Source: Marsupella aquatica (Eukaryota; Plantae; Marchantiophyta). From it: a DNA stretch of 64,000 bases. The notes beneath the pieces are model-generated. The model saw only the letters and a program-made list of their open reading frames with translations. It did not search any database and had not been told where the DNA came from. Made by a program: the position numbers and the translations under genes. Of this stretch, positions 1 through 14,480 are shown in pieces. Location of the stretch: positions 9,239,839 to 9,303,838 of the forward strand of contig OZ316893.1 of NCBI GenBank assembly GCA_973895155.1, written 5' to 3'. Each line of letters opens with the position of its first letter. The first letter of the stretch is position 1.

Positions 1-246
1 TGTGCTGGAATTTGTTACCAAGTACAAGTGAGAAATCAAGAATGTATGTTTTCGATATTTCACCATCGTGGGCGCTTGGTTTGAGCTCACATACCTTTGC
101 CCGTTGATCACGTTTGCGAACCTTCATGCACTCTACGTACAAAACGCTCTAAGTCTGTAATGTTGTGTATTGCAAGTTTGTTCTACACGTACGTACTTCA
201 GTTGATGCATCTCAATCACCGTTGTTTCATCAAAATTTGGACGCAG

Positions 247-3200
247 ATATTTGCAAAACAACAACTTGACCGGAGAAATTCCAGATTTTCTTGGCATGCT
301 TCCGAATCTGACCAGATTGTAAGTTGAAATTGGACTGATCGAGCCAATATATTCTGAGGAGAATTTTGATCATGCATGAACCAGTGGCATAGTGAACCCG
401 GGAGTGAACCAGTAACAATCTGAGCAGATTGTTACTGGTTGTAACAATCTGCAGTCAGCAGTTGTTCACATGCACCCTATGGATATAATCATGGACTATT
501 TATACGGGGCTCGTCACCCTAATTCGACAATCAAGCGGCGCACGTTATCAATCACAGTGCATCGTGAGATTGGACACCTCTGTTGGATAAATGTCGTGTG
601 TTTCATATGCATGTTCTTGAGCTTGAGTTGATGAAAACGCAACACATATTTATTGCTAAACGTAACTCAAACTGGTTCTCGCTTGTAGGGCCTTAGACAA
701 CAATAACTTCAGTGGAACGGTGCCACCGGATCTCAACAAACAAGGTTTCAACCTCACGTAAGTCCAGACACCTAATCGAAGGCAGGTTGTTTAGGTGACC
801 CCTCCCAATTTTCTGCACGTCATGAAGTTTTCACCCGTTGCAGGCATGCATATTTCCGCACACTGGTCCCAAATGTGGTAAAGCCAGTGGCACGAATTAA
901 TAGTTTGAGTTGATGTGTGTACGTCTGACCTTGCAACCTGAACATGTTGGAATGAATTGATACAGCTTTACAAACAACCCTGAACTTATAGCTCCGTCGT
1001 GGTACAACCCAAATTCCTCGACTTCCTCCAGTTCGTCCAGGTCAAGAGGGACAACCATTGGAGCTGTTGTGGGTGGCATCATCGGTGGTCTGATTGTGTT
1101 AGCGATCGCCACGGGGATCATATGGCTGCTCTGCACAAGGAAAAGTAGAGCACGATCTGACATCATCAGAGCCATAGAGAATGCAGGTGAGTACTTGAGA
1201 ATTTTATCACTTTCCCACGTACTAATACTCAAATGCACCCGAGCTCATAAAAATTTTGTTGCTCTTCGCGGCCCTGCATGTATAATGTCATGACCGTACA
1301 TGTGACACGATTCCCTTTGCATTGCTATATACCTGCAGAAAATCGGTCTCAGAACCCGGATTCGAACACAAGTAGGAAAGTTTTTGCAGGGTCCACGGTC
1401 GTGATATCGTTACAAGAGGTCAGCGACGCGACCAAGAAGTTCTCGAAGAAAATTGGTCAGGGATCTTTTGGGCCGGTTTATTATGGAAAGCTTCCGAATG
1501 GACAGGAAGTGGCTGTCAAAGTGAAATCAACGGATTCCCGTCAAGGAGCCACTGAGTTCTTGAACGAGGTTTGTTGTTAGAACAAATCTACTCTTTTCAA
1601 GTATAGAAACCGCATCAGAGGCGGAGCTCAGTTTTTTAAAAGGGTTGGTTGTCGGCTAGCTATGCTCTTACTAGCTGGCTGAAATCTTCTGTGCACAGTT
1701 AAATTAGACACTTAAAGCACATTGCAAAACACAATGAAGCTCTAACAAACACATTGCGACTTGAAAGCTGGATGATATCTACTCCTAGACTCCGATCATC
1801 CGCGAGATGTTCCGCAGGAGAAACATTTCTGTTTCTAACAACACTCGTCCATTAATTGTACACACACAGGTTGAACTTCTCTCACGGATACATCACAGGA
1901 ACCTGGTGTCTTTGGTTGGGTACTGTGAAGAAGGAAACCAACAAATTCTAGTTTACGTTTATGTTTCCAATGGAACTCTTCGCGACCACCTTTACGGTAA
2001 ACCCAGTTTGTAGTATGACTATATCTTCCTGAGTTCATAAAATCTCGGATCCCACTTTCTAAGATTGTTTTGTCATATTCATTTCGCTTGCCTCTGTAGA
2101 TGTATGCATAGATTGAGCTGGCAAAAGTGGAAATGCTAAGTTTTTTCTAACAATGTAGGTGACAAGTCAAGAGAACCTCTGGTTTGGAGAACACGAGTCG
2201 ACCTTGCTCTTAACGCAGCAAAAGGTATATACGAGCTTTACGGTCGATGCCATGTCATTGATTGCCTGATCGGGACACGATTTTTCGGCACTTACACGCA
2301 TAACAATATTATAAATTAAGCTCCAGACTCGCTTGGTGGACTGATCTCGATCTCCTTTTAAGGACAGGGTTTAGCTTCATGTGTTTTGAATGCTTGCCTC
2401 ACCCTTTTCCTTCGTTGCTGCAGGTCTTGAATATCTGCATACTTATTGCAATCCTCGGATAATTCATCGTGACGTCAAGTCTAGCAATATACTGGTTGAC
2501 GAAAATCTGATTGCCAAGGTTGCTGACTTTGGAATCTCAAAGCAGGCCCCTGAAGGGATATTCAGCGGTGTTGATACCCTTGTGAAGGGCACACCTGGTT
2601 ACTTCGATCCAGAGTATGTATTCAGACCCTTCACCGCAAGTTTCTTGCAAGAGCTAATCGGGGAGCTAATTGAAGGTTCTACAGAACAGAACTCAGACAC
2701 GATATTATGGCATAATGGTTGTATATGCATACGGTCATATATTGAAATTGCTTGCAGAGCTAACCATACATTCATACTGAAACCCTTTTCAGATATTTCA
2801 TCACGCAAAGACTGACTCAGAAGAGCGACGTGTATAGTTTTGGAGTTGTCCTCTTGGAGATAATTACAGGTCACCATCCTCACATATCGGACCTTCCAGA
2901 TGGTACAAGTCAAACTCTCGTCCAATGGGTATGTCTTTTAATGCACTCCCCACATATGAGAAATAATTTGAGCAGGCTAAGTTCGATATAGGAGACTGAG
3001 CAGATGGGTAAACGTACTGTACGTACTCATAAAACATAAGAGATTTTATATATAAGCAGGCCTCTCTGTTCAATGTCCATAGAATATATACATATATGTT
3101 CCACAAATTTATATTAGGCTCCCAGAAACAGTGCTTACTCCGAGCTTACCATGCCTTCTAGACAAATTCTTCTTCGTCACCCTTTTATGCTGTACTCCAA

Positions 3201-3801
3201 GCTTTACCAGGCCTTTCAGTTGCTGCTTGGCAGGGTTTTAGTTCTTTTGCCTTCGTAGGGGACTTTCGTTTGGCTCCTTGGTCAACGGTGGCTTTTTCCA
3301 TGTTTTGTCCCTTATTGACTCTCCAGTCCTTTAGGATTGATTTCCGTCTCCAGGTTTTGGCCCTTTTTGGTTTCGCAGTGATACATAACTTAACGACCGA
3401 CGATCTAACAAACTTGCTAAGCCATATTCATTCTCGAGAAATGTATGTACGTGAACATGCAGGTGCGCAGCTCAGCAAATAAAGGTAGCTTGATAGATAT
3501 TGTTGACCCGTCTTTGAATGGACAATTCAACCAGCAGTCGATGATGAAGGCAATATCCCTGGCAGTCAAGAGCATCGACCAGACAACGTCGAAGCGGCCG
3601 GACATGAAACAGGTTGTGCGCACACTTACAGAGGCCGTCGAACTTGAACTCTACTCTGAGATTCTTCAGAAAAGCAATCATGATACTGATGCATCTATTG
3701 CCGAGGACGAAGATGAGGGCTCTATCGAGAGTTTCCCAGCGACCGAGGAAACTGCTATCTCACCTCGATCGGGTACCTCTAAGATCGATAACCAACGTTA
3801 G
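247..3801 (+). CDS. LRR receptor-like Ser/Thr kinase (LRR-I type), 3' part; 5' end lies outside the window
   Basis: GT-AG exons 247-318 ([24 protein letters not shown]), 689-757 ([13 protein letters not shown]), 966-1186 ([27 protein letters not shown]), 1339-1568 (GQGSFG, VAVK), 1870-1996, 2159-2224, 2424-2613 ([20 protein letters not shown]), 2793-2928 ([13 protein letters not shown]), 3463-3801. Phases join and catalytic motifs are intact. Confidence 0.93.
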
Positions 3802-4175
3802 AGCATTGGATCACGAGGGAGGATGATGATGGCTATGCACCCGGCTATACATTACCCCAACTTCAAAGTGCCAAAGTGGCCCTCCTTTTATGGAAAATTT
3901 AAGCATAATTTCACATGGATTAATTCGTTCGAATTGAAGGCATCCAAGGTGATTGACCGGTGAGGGAGACGAGTCGTTACAGTGCCGAATTTGGAGTAGG
4001 GAAATAATGAGGAGCTACTAATTGATTTATCCTGGCAAGTGTTAGCTCGTGATAGATTTCTCTATACCAGGCAAGTGCTGGCTCATGGCAAAGCAGCGAA
4101 AATGTAATATATGTTCACTCAAAGTGGTTTATTAAGGTGCTGATTTTGAGGGTATGTAAATATGTCGTGGAATTT

Positions 4176-4309
4176 TTTTAAGTGGACTCGGTTCAGGTAA
4201 AAGCTATGTTCTAGTTATTTTGGTTAGTTTCTATTTAAATTGTTTTAAGTGGACTCGGTTCAGGTAAAAGCTATGTTCTAGTTATTTTGGTTAGTTTCTA
4301 TTTAAATTG
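4176..4309. repeat. Perfect tandem duplication, 67 bp x2
   Basis: ttttaagtggactcggttcagg...ctatttaaattg starts at 4176 and again at 4243. Confidence 0.95.
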
Positions 4310-7300
4310 AAGTGTTACTCCCTCGTTGCAGCAGCTATGAGGAGTTTTAGACTGGGCTTTACCTGTCAGCCATTTGTTGTTTACTTTTTGCCTTGCAACC
4401 CTTCCCAAAGTCAAATGACCTTAGCCAAATGTATCCTCAAAAAAATCGTTGTAAGACACGTGCCCCTTTAGACTTAAAGTTATCATGGGCAAAGTTTTGT
4501 GTTATTGAGCACACTGGCCCAATTGAATGCTAGTGTGTTGCACAGTGTGGTTGAGCAATTTAAGTGCTCTTGAGCTGAAAAGTTGTGGAGCGGAAATGTT
4601 GTTCAGGAGAAGACAATATTGTTCAGTATGTGCAGTGGACGAGAAAATCAAGTTAGTAATGAAGAGGCAGGGGCAGATGGGTGTCAGGCCAGACCATATA
4701 TTTTTTCCTTCCCCTCCCACTGGCTCCTATTTCTATCCCTACTACTATTTCTTGTCCTCCCACTACTGTTCTTTTCCTACTTTTTATTTTCCTCCTGCTA
4801 CTTTCTTCCTGGGTTTTCCTCTCATCCTCCTTTCTTTCCCTTTCCAGATCATTTTTGTCTGGAGTCCTCTGTGTTCTCCTGGTTGCGCGTTGTGTTCGTC
4901 CCATGAGCATGCTAATGAAAAAGGAGTGTGTACATAGTGACTGAGGAAGAATGGCCAAAAAGGAGGGATGGCTCTTTCCTGAAATGGTTTTCTGGAGAAT
5001 TAACTAAATATACCCCTACAAGCAGCAAAATTGACCAAAATACTCTTCCAAATTCTCTAAAATGCAAGACAGCATAAGCTCCTTGTGCCACCACCCCTGT
5101 CAACTACCATTTCAACTAGTAAATATGCAACGTGTATTGTTAATTTATTGTCTTCACACAGTACAGTACAATACAGATTAATATGATCTGCTGTGAGTCG
5201 ACAGAGTGCAGCAACCTTGGAAAACAAGGTAAGACGTTGCTAAGGTATTTTTGTAATTTTCTAATCTCATGTGTAATTAGGTAATTTGGGTAACTTCTGG
5301 GTGGCTCTATAAAGAATCTTCCCAAAACAAAACAGAAAAATATTAGCCAATCCTTACAATAGTGCAATTTAAGCTTAATCTAAGGAAACAAATGCAAACT
5401 CCCCTTGATTGGGTCTTTAGTCTGCGGGAATGGATCATGTCTCCTGGTTCGGCACCTTTTGTTTCTTGGCAGTTTGATATATATTAGGTCATCTGAAACC
5501 TTTATGTCCGCAAAAATGTCCCTGGTCCAAAAGGACCAGTTTTGGTCTGTGGTAACAAATATGTAGACAAGATTTTTCGTGTCCACCCACTTCAGTGACG
5601 GGAAAACAACCTTGACTCTGACCAGAGGCAAACTCACGGGTTTGAGACGCCCTAGTAGGTCCCTCACTTTGTCTTATAATTTGTGAAGTCAATTAAAACA
5701 AGTGAAGTCAATTAAAACAAGTGACTGGATAGAATCCACTGCAAGTACCCTGGGTTTTCTTCCAACTCATCACTTCTAATGAGACGGAATTCAATTAGGG
5801 GGAATACTTTACAATTTTTTTGAAGAATGTTAGAAGTGTTTTATTCCCATTTTGAGAATTATAAAAACAATAGTGGTTTTCAATAACAAATTTGGGAATT
5901 TTCCTAGAATTCTCCATGAAATTAGGGGTTTAAATAGGGTTTAAAATAGTGCAAGTAACTAGTTTATTTTCTTAAGTATTTGGGTGTTGATGACTTGCAA
6001 ACTTTGCTCTGATATATGGTATCTCCCTCGGAATAAGGCCCCCTAGACAAGTACATAATAGTACACTCAGGAACCAAGGTGTGCTTTTGCCCAAGATCTT
6101 GATTCCTAGTTGTACTATTTAAGGGTTCCATTTGGCAAGGATTCCATCTCTACCTTAGAGTCACCAGAAGCTCCAATTTAAGTCATACTTAATTTTGGAG
6201 GAAGTTAGCAATTCAAGCAGTTTGTGTTAGAGCATCTCCTAATTATGGTGAAACAAGTTCAATCCTTGTGCGTTGCACAAAAGATGTATTTGCGCAAAAG
6301 ATGCAATCAAGTAAAATATGTCATTATGCAAAAGATGTACTAGTTTACTAATTAAAAGATATTGTTTGGCAAAGATGTCAATTGTGATGTTGTGCTAAAG
6401 ATGTAGTTGAGAAAAACATCATGGCACAATATCTCAAGTAAAATATTTTATGAAGTAAAAAAATCTCATTGCGTAAAAAATATCGTTAGGTACGTAAAAG
6501 ATGTCATGATGCAAAGGAATGGCAACAAAGACCACCAAAGTACAAAGTGAGAATGGCTATTAATTTATTTTTCTCTATTAAACCTCAACACCTGCTTATC
6601 CCCTCCCCCAACCCCCCCTCTCTCTTCTCACTACATTTTGGTCTCCTCTTTCTCTCATTGTGCACTATTTTATTGATTATGTAATATTTACCATAGAACT
6701 CCTGTCATTATTACATACTTAGGACTATCATGCAATATGGTATGGAGCATGTAACACTTCCTAGGACGATATAGATGGTACAGGGGAAGACTTGATCTCA
6801 TGCACAGTTACCTCTAGTTCATTGTTTCTTGGAAAAGCCTACATTCACACTAAATGTAATTCTCTTTTTGTTTATTCCTTCCACTTTTTCCAGTTTCTTT
6901 TGTTTTCACCCAAGAAACCCAGCCAAATTTGAAAGACAACCACTGTATAAACTAAAAGGGCACAACTTTGTATAATAGTTTTCAATGGACCTCAGTCTCA
7001 ACTGGATTATTTTATTATTTTCCTTCACACTGTAAATCAGCGCTACACCATTACAGATTCTAATCCTGGATCCCAGTAGCAAAGCAAACAGAAAGTCAAA
7101 TTTGCTTCGGGACTTATATGATGTCTTGCAAATATCATTCCAGTAGTGAAAAGCCCAGTGCCCTGAAAACCCATAAGCTTCCAGTGAGGTGTTGGATTTA
7201 GTGTATTTGGGCTTAGTTATTGGGTTCACTCAACAACCCAGTAGCACGTGGCTGTTCCATAAGGGTTGGAGATACTCTTATCCAGGTTTCAAAAATCATA

Positions 7301-7313
7301 CCCTCATAGAACA

Positions 7314-9492
7314 TTCAGGGAGACGAGTCCCTGCATTGTCATTCAATGCACCTCGATTCTCCCCCATAGTCCACCGGAATACTCTCTTCATTTTTGTGTC
7401 TCATTTCAGTTTCAGGCGAGCCCCATTTTTGGGTCCCGGTTCAGTTTTGAGGAGGGCACAGATTTTTGATTGAGGAGTTCTAATGTTTGATGGTTTTAAC
7501 TTATTCACAAATAATGTATAACTATAATATCAATTTTTTAGAATTTCAATATATGTTTTTAATATAAAATATAAAATAATTATAAAAGATTAAATGGTAA
7601 TGAGCATGGAGAATTGATGCACAGAAGTAGTGTGTGACCTAGACAGTGGTATTGGAGGTCAGTTGAGACTAAGACGTGGCGTGTTCAAGGCACACAATGG
7701 GCAACTTTTCTTTCTGTGATTGAGGGCATGGAAAGGAATGAAAGTTGGAGGGGGCGGGGGTATGTGTCTAATTGTATTTGAAAATGGAAATGGTAAATGA
7801 GATATAAATGGGGGGTTCAAGTAATTTGGAGATAGCAAAAATAACAAAGGAAACACCCATGAGAGCTAGGGAGATAAATTAACCTCTTTTGTTAATTTCC
7901 TATACCTGCCCATTGTTGTGAGGTGCCAATCATGTTCCTGGTGGGTAGTTGCTTTCAGTTTTAGGAAGAATCCAACAAAAGAGGTTAGAAGTCAAAAGGC
8001 AAACAATATTAGAGGTGGTGTTGACAGGAGAAGAAAAGCCTTGTGCAACAAGCTGAGAAACCAGTAAGACAAATGAAAGCCCCTATGAAAAAGGTACAAA
8101 AACCAACCCAGCAGAAGGCCCCTATGAAGCAAGTCCAAAAATGTGTGGTAGAGAAGACAACAGGGCCAGGAGTGGTAAGTGTGCTCCAATTGACAGGTTT
8201 TGAAAGTTTGCAAGGAATTGGTGCAAGCATGGGTCTTATAATTCTTTGAGTGTCTTGACAAATGTGTCGCACAACACCTTTGGTACACTTGTTTTCCACG
8301 GTAGCCAACTTAGACTATTTCCAACCTTGTATGTAGAAAAGATATGTGATTGAGTGATTAATTGTAGGGTGGTAGACTGCCATTGGCTTCTAGGTTTTCT
8401 ATTGATTTGAAAACAAATTACATGAATAAAGTTTTGCTTCTTATACAATAAGATGTGTGCTTACCATAAACAGTTTTAGGAGATAAATGGTTTTTTATGT
8501 GATCATGTCTCCTCAACTTTTCTGTTGCTGCTATATGGCGCATCCTTGGTTCATATCCCCAAGTCCAGTTTTTTTTGGACATTATTTTAATTTTTATGCC
8601 TGGCTCTGATGGGTGTCTCCTTTGTTATTTTTTCTATCTCCAAATTACTTGAACCCCTCATATATATCTCATTTGCCATTTCCGTTTTCAAATACAATTA
8701 GACATCCCTGCTCCCTCTAACGTTCATTCCTTTCCATGCCCTCAATCAAAGGAAAGAAAAGTTGCCTGTCATGTGCCTTGAACACGCCACCTCGTAGTCT
8801 CAACTGAGCTCCAATACCACTAGGTCATGTTAGGATTTACTCTTAGGTCTAGAGTTACGACTGTACCGTAGTTAAGGCTAACCTTAGTCGCAGACTTGGT
8901 TAGGTTAGTCTTGCTGTGCGCACTCTATAACCAAGCGGTGTTTGCTTGGAGAGTGGGAACTCAGGCTCATTTTTACGAAGCTAGTTGAGAGATAGAGAGA
9001 GCTTGCGATGTGGATGCTTGGTATGGCCGGTCAGCCTAGAGTGCAGTAAAGCTCATGTGTATTCCCGTGGACGTAGCCTCATGTGGATGTGAACCATGTA
9101 TCTCTCTGTGTCGACTCTTGTGCGTTAGATGGTTCATGAGCTTGCCATTGCGATTGTCATCTATGCTCAACGGGTCACACACTACTTCTATGCGTCAATT
9201 CTCCATGCTCATTACCATTAAATATTTTAGAATTATTTTATATTATATCTTAAAAAATATATTGATATTTTTAAAATTGATATTATAGTTTTATGTAATT
9301 TTTGAATAAGTTAAAAATGTCAAGCATTAGAATTCCTAAAAAATCTGTGCCCTCCTCAAAACCGAACGGGGACCCAAAAATGGGGCTGGCCTGAAACTCC
9401 TATGAGACACAAAAATGGAGAGAGTATTCGGGTGGGCTTTGGGGGAGAATCAAGGTGCATTGAATGACAATGCAGGGACTCGTCTCCCTAAA
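7314..9492. mobile_element. Non-autonomous Mutator-like (MULE/foldback) element with ~570-bp TIRs and 10-bp TSD
   Basis: 7314-~7880 is the diverged reverse complement of ~8590-9492 once the nested LTR is removed. Termini are ttcagggagacgagtccc...gggactcgtctccctaaa. Direct repeat tcatagaaca flanks both ends (7304-7313 and 9493-9502). No transposase seen inside. Confidence 0.88.
8828..9172 (+). mobile_element. Solo LTR (family A) nested in the right TIR of the MULE
   Basis: Starts tgttagg and ends ctcaacg (CA>CG). 5-bp TSD ggtca at 8823-8827 and 9173-9177. Absent from the left TIR. Near-identical to the reverse complement of 53992-54335. Strand is relative to the other copies. Confidence 0.92.
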
Positions 9493-11699
9493 TCATAGAA
9501 CATGCAAGTAAGACAAGAACTGGGAGACACAAATTGGGTAAAACAGTACTGAATCTAGGATTGTTAAATTCACACGAGAAAGCAAGATATTAAGAGAACT
9601 GAACTTTCAATTAAAATGGAGAGCTAGGAAAGGAAAAGCTGAAAGCAAGCTGTATATATATTTGGGGCATCACTTGGATGATTTTGTAATCTCCCATCAA
9701 GCAATCAAAGGCTACTAGTTTATTATGACTCAATGTTTTGGAGGGTGCTATATAGTGGGACACTTTTTGGTTATCTTGTTTCATTAGATTTGATTGAAAT
9801 GTATTTTTATGTTAATTTGACCTAGTCTATGCTTTAGACATGTCTTATTTAGAATTTAGTCCAGTGTTCTTTTTAGTGGCCAAAATTTGCTAGATTCTAC
9901 CTCCCCAAAAATCCTTCGCCACTTTTGGCAAAAAATTGCTACTATTTTGCTGGCTCATTAGCCAGTGTTTCACCTAATCCCAGGGCCCCATTAGCCAGAA
10001 TCTAACGGTCAGCCTTAAATCTAGGGAGATCTGACAGTCAGGAAAATAATTGAATAGAGAATCTTCTGAGCATCTTCTCCCTCACACACTTTCCATTCCT
10101 TAAAAAATATGCTGAGTAAGTCATCTTTGGCATATTTCTTTACTTGCATGAGAGGTTCCACCCTTCATCCAAGTAACTCATTTACTATTCATTGATAAGT
10201 GAACCTTATATGTCATTGGTTATAGAATTTACATTGTTTATGGTTTATTCAGGAACAGGTGTCACCTAAATAAAGAGCCCAAAATAGAGCAGAAATTAAA
10301 AAAGCAAAGTTAAGTAGTTCACCTCTTCCTCTTTGAATCATAAAGTGCTATAGTTATATTAGTACATTGACTAGTACCTTGAAATAAATTAAATTAATGC
10401 ACATTGTACTTTTTTTACTATTAAAGATGTGTGCAATTTATTGATTAACTTTTTTATAATCATTCTTTCAATACTTGTTTTTCATAACTAGTCAAATTCA
10501 AATGTCTCCTCATTTCACTGTTTTTAGATAAGTGAAAATATGTAGTATGAACATGCTATATCAAAATGGAAAGCCCTGTTTACCAATAGAGGCCCTACTT
10601 CAATTGGAAACCACATTCTGGACGACATATTATTGGCAATAGAACCAAGGAAAAACTCATCCATCTCAAATCTCAGTCGAGCATTTCGAGGGGAGACAGT
10701 ACAGCAGAATCGCGAGCATCAGCGATTAAAATCTTCCGATGAAGAAACATTGTGTTTATCGATTGCGTGACTTTAGCTGTCGTTCCACCTAGCCTTGTGA
10801 GCAGGAAATGTACATTGATACCGAAGACTGGCAACACCAGAACGTCATCTTAACTTTCACGTTTGCACGTTGCAGTTCTCCTCATTTGAATCCCTCCTCG
10901 AGTAAAGTTTCCGAAACTCCGAATTGGACTTTCCGGATGTGATCGTGTTGAATTGTGACTACAGTCTTTGAATAATAGATGTGCAATGTTAAGCTTCATT
11001 CTGCTGTCGTTGCAGTTAAATAATAACTAATACAATGGATACTTTGATTCGATCAACCTGCTCGTTTAATTACAAAACGACCTGGAGTTTACTTGCGGAC
11101 TGTCTGTCAAAAGTAGTTCATGTTGTACGATCTGATTGATGTAATCGAAGGTTCAGAATTCTAGCTTAGATTCAGCTGTTTTCAACTCAGTAGAATTTAA
11201 TATTAACAAACTGTACGCAACTCTTCCTATTCCATACGTGGGCTCATTCTGGAAATGTTTCAAGCAAGAAATAGAAGTCAGTACCCCATACTCTATCCAT
11301 GAAAGACTTTGTAAAACATTGACTCTAACCAAGCATGAAGTACAGGTTACAAATCCACAACACTGCCAAGTTTGAAAGCATCAATGAATCCATGACCAAC
11401 AACGTACGCTCAGACTAGCTAGAGGAGTTTTGATTGATGCATGTCGATATCAGGTAAGCTGAACTCACCTCATCCACATTCACATTGACAAAGCATTTGG
11501 TCCCACAATTTGGTCTCAGGCAGACGGACAGATCGTTTTGTTTCCTTCGAACAATCATTGTACTGGCCCCCTAAGTGTGGGATTTCTGTACTTTGGAGTA
11601 ACTGTAACAAAAGTTTGCATCGTACATACCTACAAAGTGGCGGTTCAGTCTTCAGGACCCTTCCCGACCCCCGTCCCGACCATCCCACCGATCTCTCAG

Positions 11700-14480
11700 A
11701 AGAAGTTTTCCTCACAAGTACCGCGGCCTTGTTCCATTGCATCTCACGCCAACTGTTCTGTGGACGGCGCTCTGAAAAATCCGACCTCTAACTTGACGTA
11801 ACCACTGGCCACTCGTGGGATTCTACTCGAAAAGTGACTCTCACTCTAATCCTAGACTGCGAAAACTGTGCAAACGGTATCGTCCTACACTTTCACCATC
11901 TCATTAAAGCCAAGCCTTTCTGGTGATGCTTATCACTAGTTGTCGTCCAACAAACACTCCGGTGGAAAGTGGACGGTCCATCAACTTCCAATGAATTGAA
12001 GACGCCGGAAATCAGCTGCCATCAAGACTTAACATTCCGAAATATAATCCGAGCAACTCTCAACTCTAACAGCTAGAGCCACTTATAGCAATGCCGGGCT
12101 GCATTACTCACGGCCAGCCTTAAGATTCTATCTTCCCTCAGCCACGTAATGTGCGCAAAAAAGTCGAGGATGCAAGACTGTCGGAGGACAGTGTAGGCAC
12201 AACGGACCGCCGTAGAAGTTCACGATTGGATCAGTATGCTTAACATTTGAACTGGATCACTTGCGTGCGACAGGAGTGCATGAGTTTCTAGACTGATTAA
12301 GGATTCGTGTTCCCACACCGACAATGCCTTCCTCCATCGATACTACAGCTGCGAGAAGATAGCGGTACGTAGGGTGATCAAGTAGGCGACGAAGTGGGTG
12401 TATGCCCCTCACATGCTCAAAACGAATGACAGGGTTCTGTGAAGCTCAGCCACTTTTGTCGAGAATCTTATCATCTGTCTGTAGGAGAACTACAGAAGCG
12501 ATTCTTTCTAGTTTACGGAGGCTTCTTTGCATAGTAAGAGAATATAGAACGCCAACCACCAAAATGCTTGAAGGAGGTGTCACAAGCCACATCCCTGACA
12601 ATTACAGCTCACCGGAACAAATCTGCAGAATCCGAAGGGTTGGATATTGCAATTGATGGTAAAGCAGCACGGAAGTTTGTAGCATGTAGTTTGTGCTGAG
12701 TCGCAACAAGTGCAAGCGGAGCAGCTCATAAAGCCTCCTAGCTTTCGCCGAGAGTTATTGAATCGTGACAGCTCGAGGTGAGGCTCGGATACCGGAAACA
12801 ACTCGATCGATGCTCCGTTTTCTGTCCAGTGTTTGTTCGCTTCCACTGATGTAGGTTTGGGACTGTCGTCCATCTCGTAATTATCCTGCGGAGAGAATAA
12901 CTGTCAATGACGAGCGCTCCACTCGATGAACTTCACTTTTATGTCAATCCCTCTTTACTAGATTGAGGCTCATTTCCTTCCAACTGCAACCCATGCGCGC
13001 CTCTACACATAGAATTCTACGATTGGGGCAAAGACAATTTTCGATATCACTAGAACATCTAGAAGATTCTTGGTCCAGATAATCACGGACAACCTGTTTC
13101 CGAATAAAGCTCCTTAAAGGAAAGTTGCGCGATATATCCATCGTAGGTACGTACCTCGAGCCAGCCATATGCATGCTACGGTATTCAGGGCTGTCAGTGT
13201 TGCAGGTTAAGAACGACAGGCCCATACTGCTGACTGAAATTTTGGGATTTAGATTCTAAAGTTTCGATCTGGTGTTGTCATTATACTTTGCAGCCTTCGA
13301 ACGGTAGTAGGTAGCATCGAGAACTACTAGAAAGCATTCCTCATCATATTTCTGTACTTCAATTAATTTTTGCAGACTACGATCATAATATTGTCAGGTC
13401 TTAAAACGAGACCATTCTATCCAAGTCTACTAATCGGGTAGCGCAGGCCTCATTATCTGAATCTGAATTTGAATCTGAATTTGAAACATTGATAACCTAT
13501 GAATTTTCCATGAAGTTGAAGAAATGGGCAGAACATCGAGGGTGGAATCCAGAATACGTTGGCATTGCAAGTATACTAACCAGAGATTATCCGAACCCAT
13601 TCAAGGCAAAGTAAGCGACATAGATTTCATTGAACTTGGCTCGCGAAGCCCTACATCCTGCTGAATGTGTGGGCATCGAGGAGACTAACATACTAGGGGT
13701 AGCATCTCAACCTTCCACCAGCAAACTAAGCCATTCCTAGTGAAGCCTTAATTCAAGAGAAAGAGAATACCAACCTCAGCAAGTTTGAGAGCAATCCCAG
13801 AGACCACCTCACCTGCCACCAATGAAACCATTTGAATGAAACGTTAGTCTCGATCGGTTCAATAGCTTGTTTTTCGGAATCCCAAAAGGTTTACCAAATA
13901 ACAGCACCGGTGCAGGATTACGACATAGACGTGTGCCACACAAACTGCACGCTCTCAAGTTACAAACTCTCGGCTCTACTTTCGGATCAAGCAGCATCTT
14001 GGACAATCGCACACACCAGAACCGTGCCAAAGAGATCCATTTGGGATCAACGGCCCAACCCCACATCTAGTACCAAATCTTAGCCGTCTTTGACCCTAGA
14101 TATGTACCGTTTATCCAATTCACGACGCGGCTACCGTAGGTGCTTACGCTGCTAGAAAATAAGGAATTAGGTTGAACTGACATCAATGGGAGCTTGCATC
14201 TGAACCACAACTTTGCAATTGCTTCACAGAAATACAATCATGGGTAAGTCTAGCTATCCATGGACCTCAAAAGGGTTTAATGAGAATCGCACATCTACCT
14301 TCAGGGGAGAATCGATGCTACCAACAGCCATAAGGGCTCCTGAACTTTATTTAGGGATTCCAAAGTCATTGTGATCGACACGAAGAGAATTGTAACTTTG
14401 TCGAGCCACTTACTTGCTAGATAGCTGCTGAGCACCGCGAAGGCAAGAAAGAACACAAATTGTAGTTCGTACTTAGCCAT
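11700..14480 (-). pseudogene. Highly decayed LRR(-malectin-like) receptor kinase relic
   Basis: Signal peptide MAKYELQFVFFLAFAVLSSYLA followed by a gtaag donor (ATG 14480). Fragments FLTCNTDSP (LRR N-cap-like), LFGNRLS (LRR-like), ILVVGVLYSL (TM-like), IVNFYG, WLREDRILRLAVSNAAR...RIIFRNVKS and ADF (kinase-like) occur in the expected order with many stops and frameshifts. The 3' boundary is approximate. Confidence 0.5.

Noticed and set aside
4502-4958. Overlapping hydrophobic and basic ORFs on both strands
   Set aside because: Explained by a pyrimidine-rich low-complexity tract, not coding.
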